DNA of 64,000 bases from Spirochaetia bacterium (GCA_038204425.1 JBBRCZ010000001.1:480001-544000); one strand, 5' to 3'. Positions 1 to 11,021 are shown, counted from the first letter of the stretch. The notes: generated by a model not told the origin, from the letters alone. A program made the numbers and translations.

Positions 1-3000
1 AATTTTGAGAGATTCTTGTCCCAGTCTTGTAGAATTTCCATTGCTCGCTTGCTGCCCGTCAACTGTGCATGCTTTTCTATAAATGACTTAACTTCAGCGA
101 TCTCAACTTTATCACTTAGGCTTTCCAGCTCCACCATACCGGTGTTGACTTGATCAGCAAAGTTTCCATTGATGTTGTAAACGTAGGCAATACCGCCTGA
201 CATACCGGCTGCAAAGTTACGCCCCGTGGCACCGAGGATAAGTACCTTACCGCCTGTCATATACTCACAGCCATGGTCACCCACTCCCTCAACTACCACG
301 TCCGCGCCAGAGTTACGGACGCAAAAGCGTTCAGCAGCGGTGCCGCTGATAAAGGCCCGACCTTGAATTGCACCGTAAAAAGCGACGTTTCCAATTATGA
401 TGTTTTCTTCAGCGCGAAAGACAGAATTCTTTGGTGGATAAATCACTAGCTCGCCGCCTGAAAGACCTTTACCAACATAGTCGTTACAATCGCCTTCGAG
501 CTGAAAGTGTACACCCTTGGCCAACCAAGCACCAAAGCTTTGACCTGCGTGGCCCCTAAAATCAATTTTTAAAGTGTTCTGCGCGAGTCCGGCCAAACCA
601 TAACGACTTGCAATTTCGTAACTCAACATCGTTCCTACTGAACGATCAGTATTCTTAATCGGATACGACAAGCTGGTAGGCTTTTGTTGTTCTATGGCTT
701 GCTGAGAGTCTTTGATAATTGTTCGGTCTAAGACGGTTTGGATGCCGTGCTCTTGTGGAATACAACACAAACTGCCGGTCTTTGCCAACTCGTTGCGAGG
801 TTTTTCCAGAAGTGCCGACAGGTCAATCCCTTGACTCTTCCACATGAGAACTTCCGGGTCAGCCTCTAAAAGATCGGCGCGCCCTATAATCTCATCTAAG
901 CTTCGCACACCAAGACTCGCCATGATAGCGCGCACGTCCTCAGCAACAAAGCTGAAGTAGTTTACCGCATGCTCTGACTTGCCGGCGAATTTCTTGCGCA
1001 ATGCCTCGTCTTGGGTAGCTACGCCAACTGAACAGGTGTTTTTGTGGCATTTTCGTAACATTATGCAGCCAACTGAGATTAGGGCCGCTGTCGCAAAGCC
1101 ATACTCTTCGGCACCCAACAAGGCCGCTATCACCACGTCACGACCCGTTTTGAGCTGACCGTCGGTCTGTAAAGTAACTCGACTACGCAGATCGTTCATC
1201 ACCAAGGTTTGGTGTGTCTCGGCCATACCAAGTTCCCAAGGCAGTCCAGCATGCTTGATTCCGGTAAACGGAGATGCTCCCGTGCCGCCATCGTGACCAG
1301 CGATCAAAATGTGGTCAGCGTGAGCCTTGGCTACACCGGCGGCAATCGTACCAACGCCTACCTCTGAAACCAGTTTGACACTGATGCGAGCCTTTGGATT
1401 GGCGTTCTTAAGGTCAAAAATGAGCTGTGCCAAGTCTTCGATAGAGTAAATGTCATGGTGCGGTGGCGGACTAATAAGACCTACTCCAGGTGTTGTATGG
1501 CGAGTTTTGGCGATGACTTCAAAAACTTTTGCACCCGGCAACTCACCACCCTCACCGGGCTTGGCACCTTGCGCCATCTTGATTTGGATTTCATCAGCAT
1601 TGGCAAGATATTCGTTAGTGACCCCAAATCGGCCTGAGGCAACCTGCTTGATGGCCGATCGCTTGCTTGTACCATCGGGCAAGGGGTTAAAGCGCTCTGG
1701 CATTTCACCGCCCTCGCCAGTATTGGATTTGCCACCGATAGCATTCATTGCCAAGGCGAGCGTTTCATGAGCTTCCTGACTGATAGATCCAAATGACATC
1801 GCGCCGGTCGCAAAACGCTTCATTATGGCATTGGCTGGTTCAACCTCAGAAAGTGGTATAGCTGTTGAGCCCGACTTAAAGCGCAGCAAACCACGCGGCG
1901 TAAACTGCTGGTTTGATCGTTGGTTTTGGATTGCCGCAAAGGCATCATAGTGGCTTTTGGAGTTCTGACGCACAGCCATTTGCAAGTTTGTAATCGATTC
2001 CGGATCCCACATGTGTTTTTCGCCATTCCAACGATAGTTTAAATCGCCAGGGTTGATTGATTCAAAACCAATAGGAGCGTTACCAAGCGGCCAGGCCAGA
2101 TTATGGCGAGCTATGCCCTCAGCTGCGATTTGTTCAAAACCGACACCCTCGATGCGGCTGGCAGTACCAGTGAAACATTCATTGATAACTTCGCTTGCAA
2201 TACCGACAGCCTCAAAAATCTGCGAGGCTTTGTACGATTCTAGTGTAGAAATTCCCATTTTTCCAAAGACTTTAAGCATGCCGTACTCTATAGCCTTGAG
2301 GTAACCCTTAGTAATCAATTCGCGAGTAAATCCGTGGGCAAACAAACCTTGATCAAACATTTGCCACATTGATTCAAAAGCAAGGTACGGATTGACGGCG
2401 TCAGCGCCGAAACCAGTCAAGGCACAAAATTGGTGAACATCGCGTGGTTCGCCACTCTCGAGCACGAGCCCAATTTGAGTTCGTTTGCTAACTCTTATCA
2501 AATGCTGGTGAACGGCGCCAACTGCCAATAGTGCTGGAATAGCCAGTTGATTGGTCGAAACTAACCTGTCAGAAAGAATGACCAGGCTAAAGCCCTCAGC
2601 AATAGCGTGCTCGACTTCTTTAGCAATTCTTTTTAGGCCGCTTTTGAGGCCGCCCTGCCCCTGACTCAAGGGATAGGTTATATCGATGAGTCTTGACTTC
2701 CAACCGCGGTAGTCCATGTTTTTAAGTTGCTGCAGCTGCTCATTGGTAAGGACGGGATGCTCCAAAACCAAACGATGAGCCATTTCTGGATTGATGTCCA
2801 AAATATTTCGCTCAGGACCAATACTGGTTTTTAAGCTCATGATAATCTTCTCACGAACGCTGTCGATTGGTGGATTGGTAACTTGTGCAAACAGTTGCTT
2901 AAAATAGTCGTAGAGCAAACGCGGTTTGTCGGACAAGCAGGCCAAAGCCGCATCATTACCCATTGAACCCAAGGGTTCGTTACCAGTTTCTGCCATCGGC

Positions 3001-4460
3001 TTGAGGATCTCGCGCAAATGCTCGAGAGTATAGCCAAACAATCGCTGTCTTTCACCCAAACTGGATGCATCTAAGCCCGGTGCCGCGTATTGCGGTAAGT
3101 CGTTCAACCGAATTCGCTGCTGTTCCAACCAGTTTGAATAAGGTCTGGATTGGGAAAATTTTTGTTTTAGTTCGCTGTCGTCAATAATGCGACCTTCTTC
3201 AAAGTTGACCAAGAACATTCGGCCAGGCTGCAAGCGACCTTTCTTAACAATCTTTTCCTCGGGAATGTCCAGCACTCCGACTTCCGAAGCCATAATGACA
3301 TGATCGTCGTTGGTTAAATAGTAGCGGCTTGGTCGCAGTCCGTTACGGTCCAAAGTTGCACCAATATATTTTCCATCGGTAAAAACAACTGAAGCAGGAC
3401 CGTCCCAAGGCTCCATAGAGTTTGAAAAGAACTCATACATGGCCTTCTTTTCATTATCCATGTGTGGGTGACTCTGCCAAGCTTCAGGTATCATCATCAT
3501 GACAGCCTCAGGCAAGTCCCGCCCGCTCATAATTAGTAGCTCCAAGACATTATCAAAATGACCGGAGTCAGAAAGATCCTTCTCGTTGACAGGGAATATT
3601 TTTTTTAGGTCATCGCCCAACAAAGTGCTTTGTAGTTTGCCTTCACGGCCCTTCATTTTATTGACGTTGCCACGAACGGTGTTTATCTCGCCATTGTGAC
3701 TCATATATCGCAAAGGTTGCGCACGATCCCAACTGGGAAAAGTGTTGGTCGAAAACCGACTATGAACCATGGCGAGGTGGCTTTTAAAATCGGGGTTATG
3801 CAAGTCCTTAAAGTAGGCAAAAAGCTGCTCGGGCATCAGCATACCCTTGTAAACCATGACTCTAAGCGAAAGGCTGACCACGTAAAAGAAATCCTCTGGA
3901 TCAAACTCAGACTGTCCGCGGATAGCGTGACTGGCTTGTTTGCGGATTACAAAGAGCTTTCGTTCAAAAGCATCCTGATCCAGCCCCTTGCTGGCAATAA
4001 ATGCCTGCATCATAACCGGTTCCGAAGCTAAAGCGGTGGGTCCAATCATTGAATTGTCGACAGGAACCTTGCGCCATGCCAAGAACTCTTGCCCTTCGGC
4101 TTGGACGATGTGTTCAAATTTAGTTTGACACTTGGCCATCAAAGCAGGATCTTGCGGCAAAAAAACTATGCCGGCTGCCCAGGATCCCCTAGCGGGAAGC
4201 GTCAACCCAAGCTCTAACTTGGCAACTTTTTCTAAGAATTCAAAGGGCAGAGTTGTTAAAATACCGGCACCATCGCCCGTATTTCGTTCTGCACCAACCG
4301 CACCGCGATGCGTCATGCGTACCAAAATTTCTCGGGCATCATCGATTATTTGATGGCTTTGCTTGCCTTTTATGTGCGCAACAAAACCGACTCCACAGCT
4401 ATCGTGTTCAAATTGTGGATCATACATACCCTGCTTCTTGGGGCGTTGTCGCAATGCCAT
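1..4460 (-). CDS. gltB: Glutamate synthase large subunit (3' end runs off the window)
   Basis: Absent from the ORF track because it has no stop in the window. Manual translation from ATG 4460 (RBS AGGAAGGAG) gives MALRQRPKKQGMYDPQFEHDSCGVGF...MTHRGA...TGDGAG, later AQGAKPGEGGELPG and GCEYMTGG, which are the GltB amidotransferase, FMN and GXGXG motifs. Confidence 0.97.
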   Translation of the reverse strand, partial: MALRQRPKKQGMYDPQFEHDSCGVGFVAHIKGKQSHQIIDDAREILVRMTHRGAVGAERNTGDGAGILTTLPFEFLEKVAKLELGLTLPARGSWAAGIVFLPQDPALMAKCQTKFEHIVQAEGQEFLAWRKVPVDNSMIGPTALASEPVMMQAFIASKGLDQDAFERKLFVIRKQASHAIRGQSEFDPEDFFYVVSLSLRVMVYKGMLMPEQLFAYFKDLHNPDFKSHLAMVHSRFSTNTFPSWDRAQPLRYMSHNGEINTVRGNVNKMKGREGKLQSTLLGDDLKKIFPVNEKDLSDSGHFDNVLELLIMSGRDLPEAVMMMIPEAWQSHPHMDNEKKAMYEFFSNSMEPWDGPASVVFTDGKYIGATLDRNGLRPSRYYLTNDDHVIMASEVGVLDIPEEKIVKKGRLQPGRMFLVNFEEGRIIDDSELKQKFSQSRPYSNWLEQQRIRLNDLPQYAAPGLDASSLGERQRLFGYTLEHLREILKPMAETGNEPLGSMGNDAALACLSDKPRLLYDYFKQLFAQVTNPPIDSVREKIIMSLKTSIGPERNILDINPEMAHRLVLEHPVLTNEQLQQLKNMDYRGWKSRLIDITYPLSQGQGGLKSGLKRIAKEVEHAIAEGFSLVILSDRLVSTNQLAIPALLAVGAVHQHLIRVSKRTQIGLVLESGEPRDVHQFCALTGFGADAVNPYLAFESMWQMFDQGLFAHGFTRELITKGYLKAIEYGMLKVFGKMGISTLESYKASQIFEAVGIASEVINECFTGTASRIEGVGFEQIAAEGIARHNLAWPLGNAPIGFESINPGDLNYRWNGEKHMWDPESITNLQMAVRQNSKSHYDAFAAIQNQRSNQQFTPRGLLRFKSGSTAIPLSEVEPANAIMKRFATGAMSFGSISQEAHETLALAMNAIGGKSNTGEGGEMPERFNPLPDGTSKRSAIKQVASGRFGVTNEYLANADEIQIKMAQGAKPGEGGELPGAKVFEVIAKTRHTTPGVGLISPPPHHDIYSIEDLAQLIFDLKNANPKARISVKLVSEVGVGTIAAGVAKAHADHILIAGHDGGTGASPFTGIKHAGLPWELGMAETHQTLVMNDLRSRVTLQTDGQLKTGRDVVIAALLGAEEYGFATAALISVGCIMLRKCHKNTCSVGVATQDEALRKKFAGKSEHAVNYFSFVAEDVRAIMASLGVRSLDEIIGRADLLEADPEVLMWKSQGIDLSALLEKPRNELAKTGSLCCIPQEHGIQTVLDRTIIKDSQQAIEQQKPTSLSYPIKNTDRSVGTMLSYEIASRYGLAGLAQNTLKIDFRGHAGQSFGAWLAKGVHFQLEGDCNDYVGKGLSGGELVIYPPKNSVFRAEENIIIGNVAFYGAIQGRAFISGTAAERFCVRNSGADVVVEGVGDHGCEYMTGGKVLILGATGRNFAAGMSGGIAYVYNINGNFADQVNTGMVELESLSDKVEIAEVKSFIEKHAQLTGSKRAMEILQDWDKNLSK

Positions 4461-4493
4461 ATGGGCTCCTTCCTCTCTTGAGGTCAACGGACA

Positions 4494-4589
4494 AAAATAC
4501 CTTCTAACGGGAGTCAGAAGCTTGTACTAACAAGGGTGTCGTCTCCAGTCAGATACAACGCTGCTCAATGGTCAATTCAACAGCGCTGC
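4494..4589 (-). promoter_or_regulatory. Structured 5' leader of gltB (three hairpins, the last terminator-like)
   Basis: Minus strand: GCAGCGCUGUUGAAU-UGACC-AUUGAGCAGCGUUGU (14/15 pairs), CUUGU-UAGU-ACAAG, and CUUCUGAC-UCCC-GUUAGAAG followed by GUAUUUUU. Confidence 0.45.
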
Positions 4590-4753
4590 TATGATAATCA
4601 GCACTAACGCTCTTGGTAAATAATGATAGCTAGCCGGAATCACATTTTTTTGCAAAAAACTACTTTTCTGTACAGATGTCCTTCAGAAAATCCTACATTA
4701 GCGTATGATTAGCTATAAAAATATCCAAAAATTGGCTTAAGTCTGCCAGAATC

Positions 4754-6367
4754 TTATTGTTGTAGCTTGGCAATGATTTCCAAGAGACTCGCCAAACCAT
4801 TGGACTTTTTGTCCTTTAGACCAAAAGTCATTGACCCGCTCAAAATGTTATTGCCTTGATATGCATCCACCGAAATAGAAATCTCTTCAAGCTTTTCTAA
4901 CAGGCTCTGAACCTCAGGCGGCATTGGTAGATTAGCAGAACTATCAGCAAAAAAGCTAAGAATTGTAGAAATGTCAGCATGAATTACCAAGGATTTGCCA
5001 ACAAATTTTTTGAGCAAGGATTCAGAAATTGAGATTGGCCTTATAGTTTGTCCTAAGTAGGCCTTGGCAGGCTCTTCTTCAAAGAAAATGTAAGCATTGC
5101 TGTCTCGCAATACTATAAAGGGAGCAACTGCCTGACCTTCTTCGTCCAAGTCGGACCATAGTTGGCCTTGTTTGATCATGTCACCCTTCTTAACCCTTCC
5201 ATCAAGCCATGCGACCGCCTTTTTGGCATCAATAAGAGACACGGTCAACTGTCCTTTTATGTTTGGCTGACCCTGCCTATCTAGACTGCCTCCGGCAGCC
5301 AACAGAACATCACCCTTAATGAGCTTTAAGAACTCAACTAGTTCGTCAAAGCCCGATTGATCGCTCCCCAGGAGCTCAGCTATTTTGGTTTTGTTCTCGG
5401 GTGTTTGAATAAAACCAAGCAGGTTAGTTTGTGAAAAGGAAAAACCTGCAAACATAAACAAATCAGCAACTCCTGCTTGCTTTAGAAGATCTTTATTTAG
5501 CGCTTGCATCAGCTTTAATAGGCGTTGATCCATAAATTTCTGACTAACGCTGAGTTCTAGATCGCAAACAAGCAGTCCTGGACCATTTTCAAGTGTCAGG
5601 ACGAGATTGCTGTCCTTAAAGAGCTTAGTAATAGAGTCAGGTTCGGATGTCTTAGTGTCAGAAAAGGCAACATTTCGTTTGAACAAGTCGTCAAATTTGC
5701 CGGGTTGCGAAAGTAAGCTATAGAAATCAAACCATACTTTAAAGTCTGAATCTTTTTTGATCATATTTTGTAGCGCTTGATTTTTTGCCAAGAGACTCGT
5801 TTTTCTACTGGCTTGGACGGCTATACTTTCTAACCAAGTCTGCAAACCCTGAGCGTTTGTGGTTTTGTCTACCAACATGATGCCAAGATTGCCTTTAATC
5901 GCTAGCAAAGAAGAATCACTGGCAAAAACCTGGCTAAACCCAGTTTTTACCCTTGACTGTGTTCTGGGCTGGCTTTTTACTTCTGTTTTTTGAAAAAATT
6001 TTATCAAAGATTGTGAATCCTTGACGGAAAAAATAAATTGCATCGCTGTTCCGCCTTCACTTCTACCAAGAAACCCCATAACTATTGGTTTGGTAAAGTC
6101 GATGCCTAGAATCTCAGGATTAGCTATGAAATCTTTTTCTGCTTGGCCGCTTTCCTGGTCAAACATACCGTCAAAAAATCCTTGAGATAAAAGTTTCTCA
6201 GCGTTGGCTTTTTTGGATAGTGAGTCTAAGTTCATAGTAGCAACGATACTAAAATCGGAATCTAAATAGTCCAAAAGTTCCTGACCCAGACCTATACTGG
6301 CTTGAGAACTGAGTCCGAGAACAAACAAGATCACAACATTTACCTGAATCAGCATACGTTTTTTCAC
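4754..6367 (-). CDS. Exported hypothetical protein (DUF4836/DUF3352-like)
   Basis: 537-aa ORF, GTG start with a GGGGA RBS, N-terminal signal peptide. Family guess is weak (GIDFTKPI segment). Confidence 0.6.
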   Translation of the reverse strand: MKKRMLIQVNVVILFVLGLSSQASIGLGQELLDYLDSDFSIVATMNLDSLSKKANAEKLLSQGFFDGMFDQESGQAEKDFIANPEILGIDFTKPIVMGFLGRSEGGTAMQFIFSVKDSQSLIKFFQKTEVKSQPRTQSRVKTGFSQVFASDSSLLAIKGNLGIMLVDKTTNAQGLQTWLESIAVQASRKTSLLAKNQALQNMIKKDSDFKVWFDFYSLLSQPGKFDDLFKRNVAFSDTKTSEPDSITKLFKDSNLVLTLENGPGLLVCDLELSVSQKFMDQRLLKLMQALNKDLLKQAGVADLFMFAGFSFSQTNLLGFIQTPENKTKIAELLGSDQSGFDELVEFLKLIKGDVLLAAGGSLDRQGQPNIKGQLTVSLIDAKKAVAWLDGRVKKGDMIKQGQLWSDLDEEGQAVAPFIVLRDSNAYIFFEEEPAKAYLGQTIRPISISESLLKKFVGKSLVIHADISTILSFFADSSANLPMPPEVQSLLEKLEEISISVDAYQGNNILSGSMTFGLKDKKSNGLASLLEIIAKLQQ

Positions 6368-6431
6368 AAAATCCCCCTAAAGTCGTTTTAAGTCTATGCT
6401 GCAATTATGCAACCTTCAAAAAATTAAAAAA

Positions 6432-8345
6432 TTACATAGCTTCCAAAAACGGTAAGTTTAAAAGCTCAAATCCTGTTCTGAGTACTTTTTCAACGCCCAT
6501 AGAAAGCAAAAGTCTGGCTTGTGCACAGCGTTGATCGCTGGCGTTGATGACCGGTAGGTCATGATAAAAGCGGGAGAAAGCTTTGGCGATGTCGTAGAGT
6601 CGGCACGCAACGCGGCTTGGATCAAGCTCTGCCCCCGCCTGAGCTAGTAGCGCCGGCCACGACTCGAGTAACTTGGCGAGTTCCCATGCTTGATCCTCTT
6701 GCAGTAATTGAGCATCAAGGTCCGCCATCAGCGGCATAGCGTGGGGCCATTTCCGGATCATGCTACAAATCCTGGCCCCCATGTACTGTAAATAGGGTCC
6801 GGTGTTGCCATTGAATGACAGACTTTCTTCGGGGTTAAAGATCATATCTTTGTCTGGACTAACTTGGAGCAAATAGTAATGGAGAGCCGCAAGTGCCACA
6901 TTAAAGGCTGTCCCTTGCACTTCTGCTACATCGGCTTCTCGGCCGCGATTGCGAATTTCGGCCTCGGCGCCTTTGCTAAGCTCGTCCAACAAGTCATCAG
7001 CGTCGACTACGGTTCCCTCACGGGTCTTCATGCGCCCAGAAGGCAAGTTTACCAAACCATAGGAAAGGTGATGCAACTTGTTTGCCCATGTGTGCCCAAG
7101 CTTAGCAAGGCAATGAAAGAGCACTTTAAAGTGATAGTCTTGCTCGTTGGCGACGACATAGACGGCTTGATCAAAAGGCCAAGTTTGGTGACGATTTATG
7201 GCAGTTCCAAGGTCTTGGGTCAAATAGATGCTGGTGCCGTCAGCCCGCAAGACCACTTTTTGGGCGTTTTCTTGGGATTGCGCACTGTCCTTCCAAGGTA
7301 ATTCAACTACCACTGCTCCATCAGCACGCTTAAAAAAAGCTCCACTTGCTAAGCCATGCTTGACTTCTTCTTTGCCCATGAGGTAGGTCTCGTGTTCGTA
7401 CTGAATCCAATCAAAGGCGATGCCAGTTTTGCGGTAGGTTTCCATAATTCCATCTACCGCCCAACGGTTCATTATGGCCCACAGTTGCTTGACGGCAAGA
7501 TCATCGTTCTCCCAGGCCTTTAACATTTCTTGAGCTGATGCGCCAATTTCAGTTACCAGCCATAGCGCATCGTCGTCTTGATCTATGAGGTCGGGGCGAC
7601 TGAGCCTAAGGGCCGCAATTTGAGATTTAAGCTCGTTTTGGAAGCGAACATAAAGCTGGGCAACATAATGGTCACTTTTGAGCCCAAGTTGCTTAGGATC
7701 TTGTTCATTGCCCCAGCGTTGATAGGCCACCATTGACTTGCAAATATGGATACCACGGTCGTTAAAGAGGTTAACCTTGCGAACTTCGGCTCCATTAGCC
7801 GTTAGGATACGACTAGTGCTCTCTCCCAGAGCATTGTTGCGCAAGTGGCCCAGATGCAGTGGTTTATTGGTGTTAGGGCTAGAAAACTCGACAAGAACTC
7901 GTTGGCCAGCCAGACTTTTACCACTGCCCCACCGGCGTCCTTCTTGCTCGACAAGTGCCATAGACTCGAGCAAGTCTTTTTGGAATGCAGCCCTGTGGTA
8001 GCTCACGTTGCAGTAAGGACCCTCTGCCTTAACTGTGCCCAAGTTACCAGATTCAAAGTCAAGAATCAAACTCTGGTCGAGAGTCGTGTTAAGCGCCTTC
8101 CACTCTTGTCCTTCGATACTTAGCGACATCGCCAATTGGACAGCTAACTGCGCAGGCGCTTTTTTGAGTAATTTGGCAAACGGAAAAAGCGGAAAAGCCA
8201 AATCGCCATGCTCGCTGCTTGTTGGAGTTTCAGCTTGTAAACCTGTAAAGATGATTTGACTTGCTATTCCAATATTTTGACTCTTGGCATAATAAACTAA
8301 GGCATTGCCAATTAGGACTTTCCAAACTTCTTTGAGATCCTGCAT
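6432..8345 (-). CDS. argS: Arginine--tRNA ligase
   Basis: VEFSSPNTNKPLHLGHLRN (HIGH motif), MKTREG, GNTGPYLQY, C-terminal FLEAM. Confidence 0.97.
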   Translation of the reverse strand: MQDLKEVWKVLIGNALVYYAKSQNIGIASQIIFTGLQAETPTSSEHGDLAFPLFPFAKLLKKAPAQLAVQLAMSLSIEGQEWKALNTTLDQSLILDFESGNLGTVKAEGPYCNVSYHRAAFQKDLLESMALVEQEGRRWGSGKSLAGQRVLVEFSSPNTNKPLHLGHLRNNALGESTSRILTANGAEVRKVNLFNDRGIHICKSMVAYQRWGNEQDPKQLGLKSDHYVAQLYVRFQNELKSQIAALRLSRPDLIDQDDDALWLVTEIGASAQEMLKAWENDDLAVKQLWAIMNRWAVDGIMETYRKTGIAFDWIQYEHETYLMGKEEVKHGLASGAFFKRADGAVVVELPWKDSAQSQENAQKVVLRADGTSIYLTQDLGTAINRHQTWPFDQAVYVVANEQDYHFKVLFHCLAKLGHTWANKLHHLSYGLVNLPSGRMKTREGTVVDADDLLDELSKGAEAEIRNRGREADVAEVQGTAFNVALAALHYYLLQVSPDKDMIFNPEESLSFNGNTGPYLQYMGARICSMIRKWPHAMPLMADLDAQLLQEDQAWELAKLLESWPALLAQAGAELDPSRVACRLYDIAKAFSRFYHDLPVINASDQRCAQARLLLSMGVEKVLRTGFELLNLPFLEAM

Positions 8346-8390
8346 AGCATAGTGCTCCTGTAACTCTTGTCGCTTAAAATTCTGCCACTA

Positions 8391-9323
8391 CTATAGCGGC
8401 TTTTGCTCGGCTTGTCCTGCAAATATTGCCAGCATACGACCATAGGATTGCGCACCGTCACGACGAAAGGAGTGCAGGTAGCCCGAACTAGCCGTACTGT
8501 CGCTTGCATACTGGAAGCTAGACACGCTTATTGCTTGGGAAAAAGGTCTTCTTTGGCAATTGGCTTGGCCTTGAGCTAGGGCTATATTAGCTTGCAGTAG
8601 GCTAATGGCATACCGACCATCGCTTGCTAAGCTCACTGTTTGTTCTCCAAAACGCTGAGCAAACAACCTTGAGCGCTCAAAAGGTATGGGATAATCCTGG
8701 ACTGCAATGGCTGGCCCGGCCATGATACTAAGCGATAGAGCTTGCTGAGATGCCGAGGCGATAGCCTGTAGTGCCACCGCCAAAATTCCAGTACTCTGCC
8801 AACCAGAATGCAATAGGGCTCGCCATTGTTTACCTTCTTGATCAATTGCTTTAACAAAAAGTGGCATACAGTCAGCTACAGTGACAGACAGGCTAAGACC
8901 TGCAGCAAATGATTCTTTAAGAATGATACCATCTGCTTGATAGGAAGCACAGAAACCAGCTGACGAGCCTTTATAACCAAGTGCTGGCAATTCATCAATT
9001 TCAAGCTCCGATTGACCACTATCGGTCAAAAACAAACGGCCTTCAAAGACACGAGCAATTCCTGGCTCGCAAAGCATCAGCACACGCAAACCGTGCACCT
9101 GCTTGCATCCAAGCAGATGTGCTAGGGCATGTTCTGTCCTGAGTTGTGGTAAAATTGTCTGGGCGGCAAGCAGCGCATTGCGCCTTTGCATTGCCTGCTG
9201 ATCAAATCCCGATGGCCCCAAATCGCCAGCATTACGCAAAGTAATCGCGCAATTTTCCCAGGGCAAGCTGCTTATGATGTCGTGTGAATCTACAGAAAGG
9301 TCAAAGGCTTTCACTTGAAGCAT
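8391..9323 (-). CDS. YfiH/PgeF (laccase-domain / purine nucleoside phosphorylase) family protein
   Basis: QVHG, ADG, TVADCMP, HSGW and SFRR motifs. Confidence 0.8.
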   Translation of the reverse strand: MLQVKAFDLSVDSHDIISSLPWENCAITLRNAGDLGPSGFDQQAMQRRNALLAAQTILPQLRTEHALAHLLGCKQVHGLRVLMLCEPGIARVFEGRLFLTDSGQSELEIDELPALGYKGSSAGFCASYQADGIILKESFAAGLSLSVTVADCMPLFVKAIDQEGKQWRALLHSGWQSTGILAVALQAIASASQQALSLSIMAGPAIAVQDYPIPFERSRLFAQRFGEQTVSLASDGRYAISLLQANIALAQGQANCQRRPFSQAISVSSFQYASDSTASSGYLHSFRRDGAQSYGRMLAIFAGQAEQKPL

Positions 9324-9485
9324 AGTAGTCCTCGGCTTTTTTTATCAGCTTGGCTGGGGGCTCAACAGCCTCTTGCACCTTGACAAAGTCCCCTGCAAAG
9401 GTCAATACCATGGTTCTAAGCTTTTTTGTTTGACCCATTTTTGGTCAATTTTTCTATGACTGTCACATGCAAGAAAGGAAGCATT

Positions 9486-11021
9486 ATGGAACAAATCTAT
9501 ATATTTGATACGACACTGCGCGATGGGGAACAATCTCCCGGTGCAAGCATGGAGATGGAACAAAAACTTGAATTGGCACGCCAATTAGAACGTCTTGGCG
9601 TCGACGTTATCGAGGCGGGTTTTCCTGTTTCTAGCCCAGAACAGTTTAAAGCTTGTCAGGCTATAGCCAATGAGATAAGAGGCTGCTCAATTGCCGTTCT
9701 TTCTCGTGCTGTAGAAAAAGACCTCGATGCAGCGATAGAGGCCGTCAAAGGTGCAGCCAAACCAAGGATACACACTTTTGTGTCTACCTCCGATATTCAT
9801 ATGAAGCACAAGCTCAAAAAGGATCCAGAAGCGGTTTTGCAAATGGCTGTTGCCGCTGTAAAGTACGCTCGCAACAAAGTTGCCGAAGTCGAGTTTTCTC
9901 CAGAAGATGCCACTCGGAGCGACTTGGACTTTATGTGCCGTGTCTTAGAAAAAGTAATTGACGCCGGTGCCACTATTCTCAACATCCCCGACACCGTTGG
10001 CTACACCACCCCCGATGAGTTTGCGGCTACTATTAAAGCTATACGCAATCGTGTGCCAAACATCGACAAAGCAATTATCTCGGTGCATTGTCACAACGAC
10101 CTTGGCTTGGCGGTAGCAAATACCTTGGCAGCCTTGCAAGCTGGTGCACGCCAAGCAGAAGTTACCATCAATGGCATTGGCGAACGTGCAGGAAACGCCA
10201 GCCTGGAAGAACTGGTTATGGCCCTCAAGGTTCGCAAGGATACTTTGGGCATGGAAACAAATATCAACACGCAAGAAATTTGGCGAAGTTCCAAAATGCT
10301 GTCAAACATTATTGGTTTTCCTATTGCTCGGAACAAAGCAATAGTGGGCGAAAACGCTTTTGCACACGAATCCGGCATCCATCAGGATGGCATGCTTAAA
10401 AATCGTCAGACCTATGAAATAATGACCCCTCAAAGTGTTGGCCGCAGCGATTCAAAGCTGGTTCTTGGTCGCCACTCAGGCATGCATGGCTTTAAGAGTC
10501 GCCTTGCAGAGCTGGGTGTCAAATTGGAAGCCAACGAGCTCGAACATGCCTACCAACGTTTTCTTGAGATTGCCGATCGTAAGCGAGAAGTCTTTGATGA
10601 AGACTTACTGGCTTTGGTAACTGAAGAACTGCACCACGGCGAGAACCAACATCAACTTGACTATTTTACTGTTTTTTCTGGTAATTTGGCGATACCAACG
10701 GCAACTGTCCGACTTGCAGTCGGTAGCGAAAAAATAGAAGAGGCCGCAACCGGTGACGGACCCGTTGATGCTATTTTTAAAGCAATTGACCGCTGCCTTG
10801 GCATAACGTCGTCGTTAATAGAATACCATGTGCAGGCCTTAACGCCGGGGCAACAAGCCATGGGTGAAGTAAGCGTATTGATTGAGATTGATGGCTTGAG
10901 ACTGAGCGGTCGTGGTAACTCAACTGATATTTTGGAAGCTTCGGCTCGAGCTTATCTTAGTGCTTGCAATCGTCGTATCGTTATGAAGCAGTTTCGCAAC
11001 CCGCAGGGGATGTCGTTATGA
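9486..11021 (+). CDS. leuA: 2-isopropylmalate synthase
   Basis: IFDTTLRDGEQSPG, HCHND, GIGERAGN, HESGIHQDG, regulatory GDGPVDA. Start moved to ATG 9486, behind AAGGAAG. Confidence 0.95.
   Translation: MEQIYIFDTTLRDGEQSPGASMEMEQKLELARQLERLGVDVIEAGFPVSSPEQFKACQAIANEIRGCSIAVLSRAVEKDLDAAIEAVKGAAKPRIHTFVSTSDIHMKHKLKKDPEAVLQMAVAAVKYARNKVAEVEFSPEDATRSDLDFMCRVLEKVIDAGATILNIPDTVGYTTPDEFAATIKAIRNRVPNIDKAIISVHCHNDLGLAVANTLAALQAGARQAEVTINGIGERAGNASLEELVMALKVRKDTLGMETNINTQEIWRSSKMLSNIIGFPIARNKAIVGENAFAHESGIHQDGMLKNRQTYEIMTPQSVGRSDSKLVLGRHSGMHGFKSRLAELGVKLEANELEHAYQRFLEIADRKREVFDEDLLALVTEELHHGENQHQLDYFTVFSGNLAIPTATVRLAVGSEKIEEAATGDGPVDAIFKAIDRCLGITSSLIEYHVQALTPGQQAMGEVSVLIEIDGLRLSGRGNSTDILEASARAYLSACNRRIVMKQFRNPQGMSL

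Noticed and set aside
1450..4507. Short ORFs listed within the first 4.5 kb
   Set aside because: Antisense or off-frame shadows of gltB, which the track missed because it has no stop in the window.
4659..4698. ATGTAGGATT / CTACTTTTCTG words shared with 31291-31309 and 59376-59392
   Set aside because: Matches of 10-11 bp in AT-rich intergenic DNA are too short to support a regulon without statistics.
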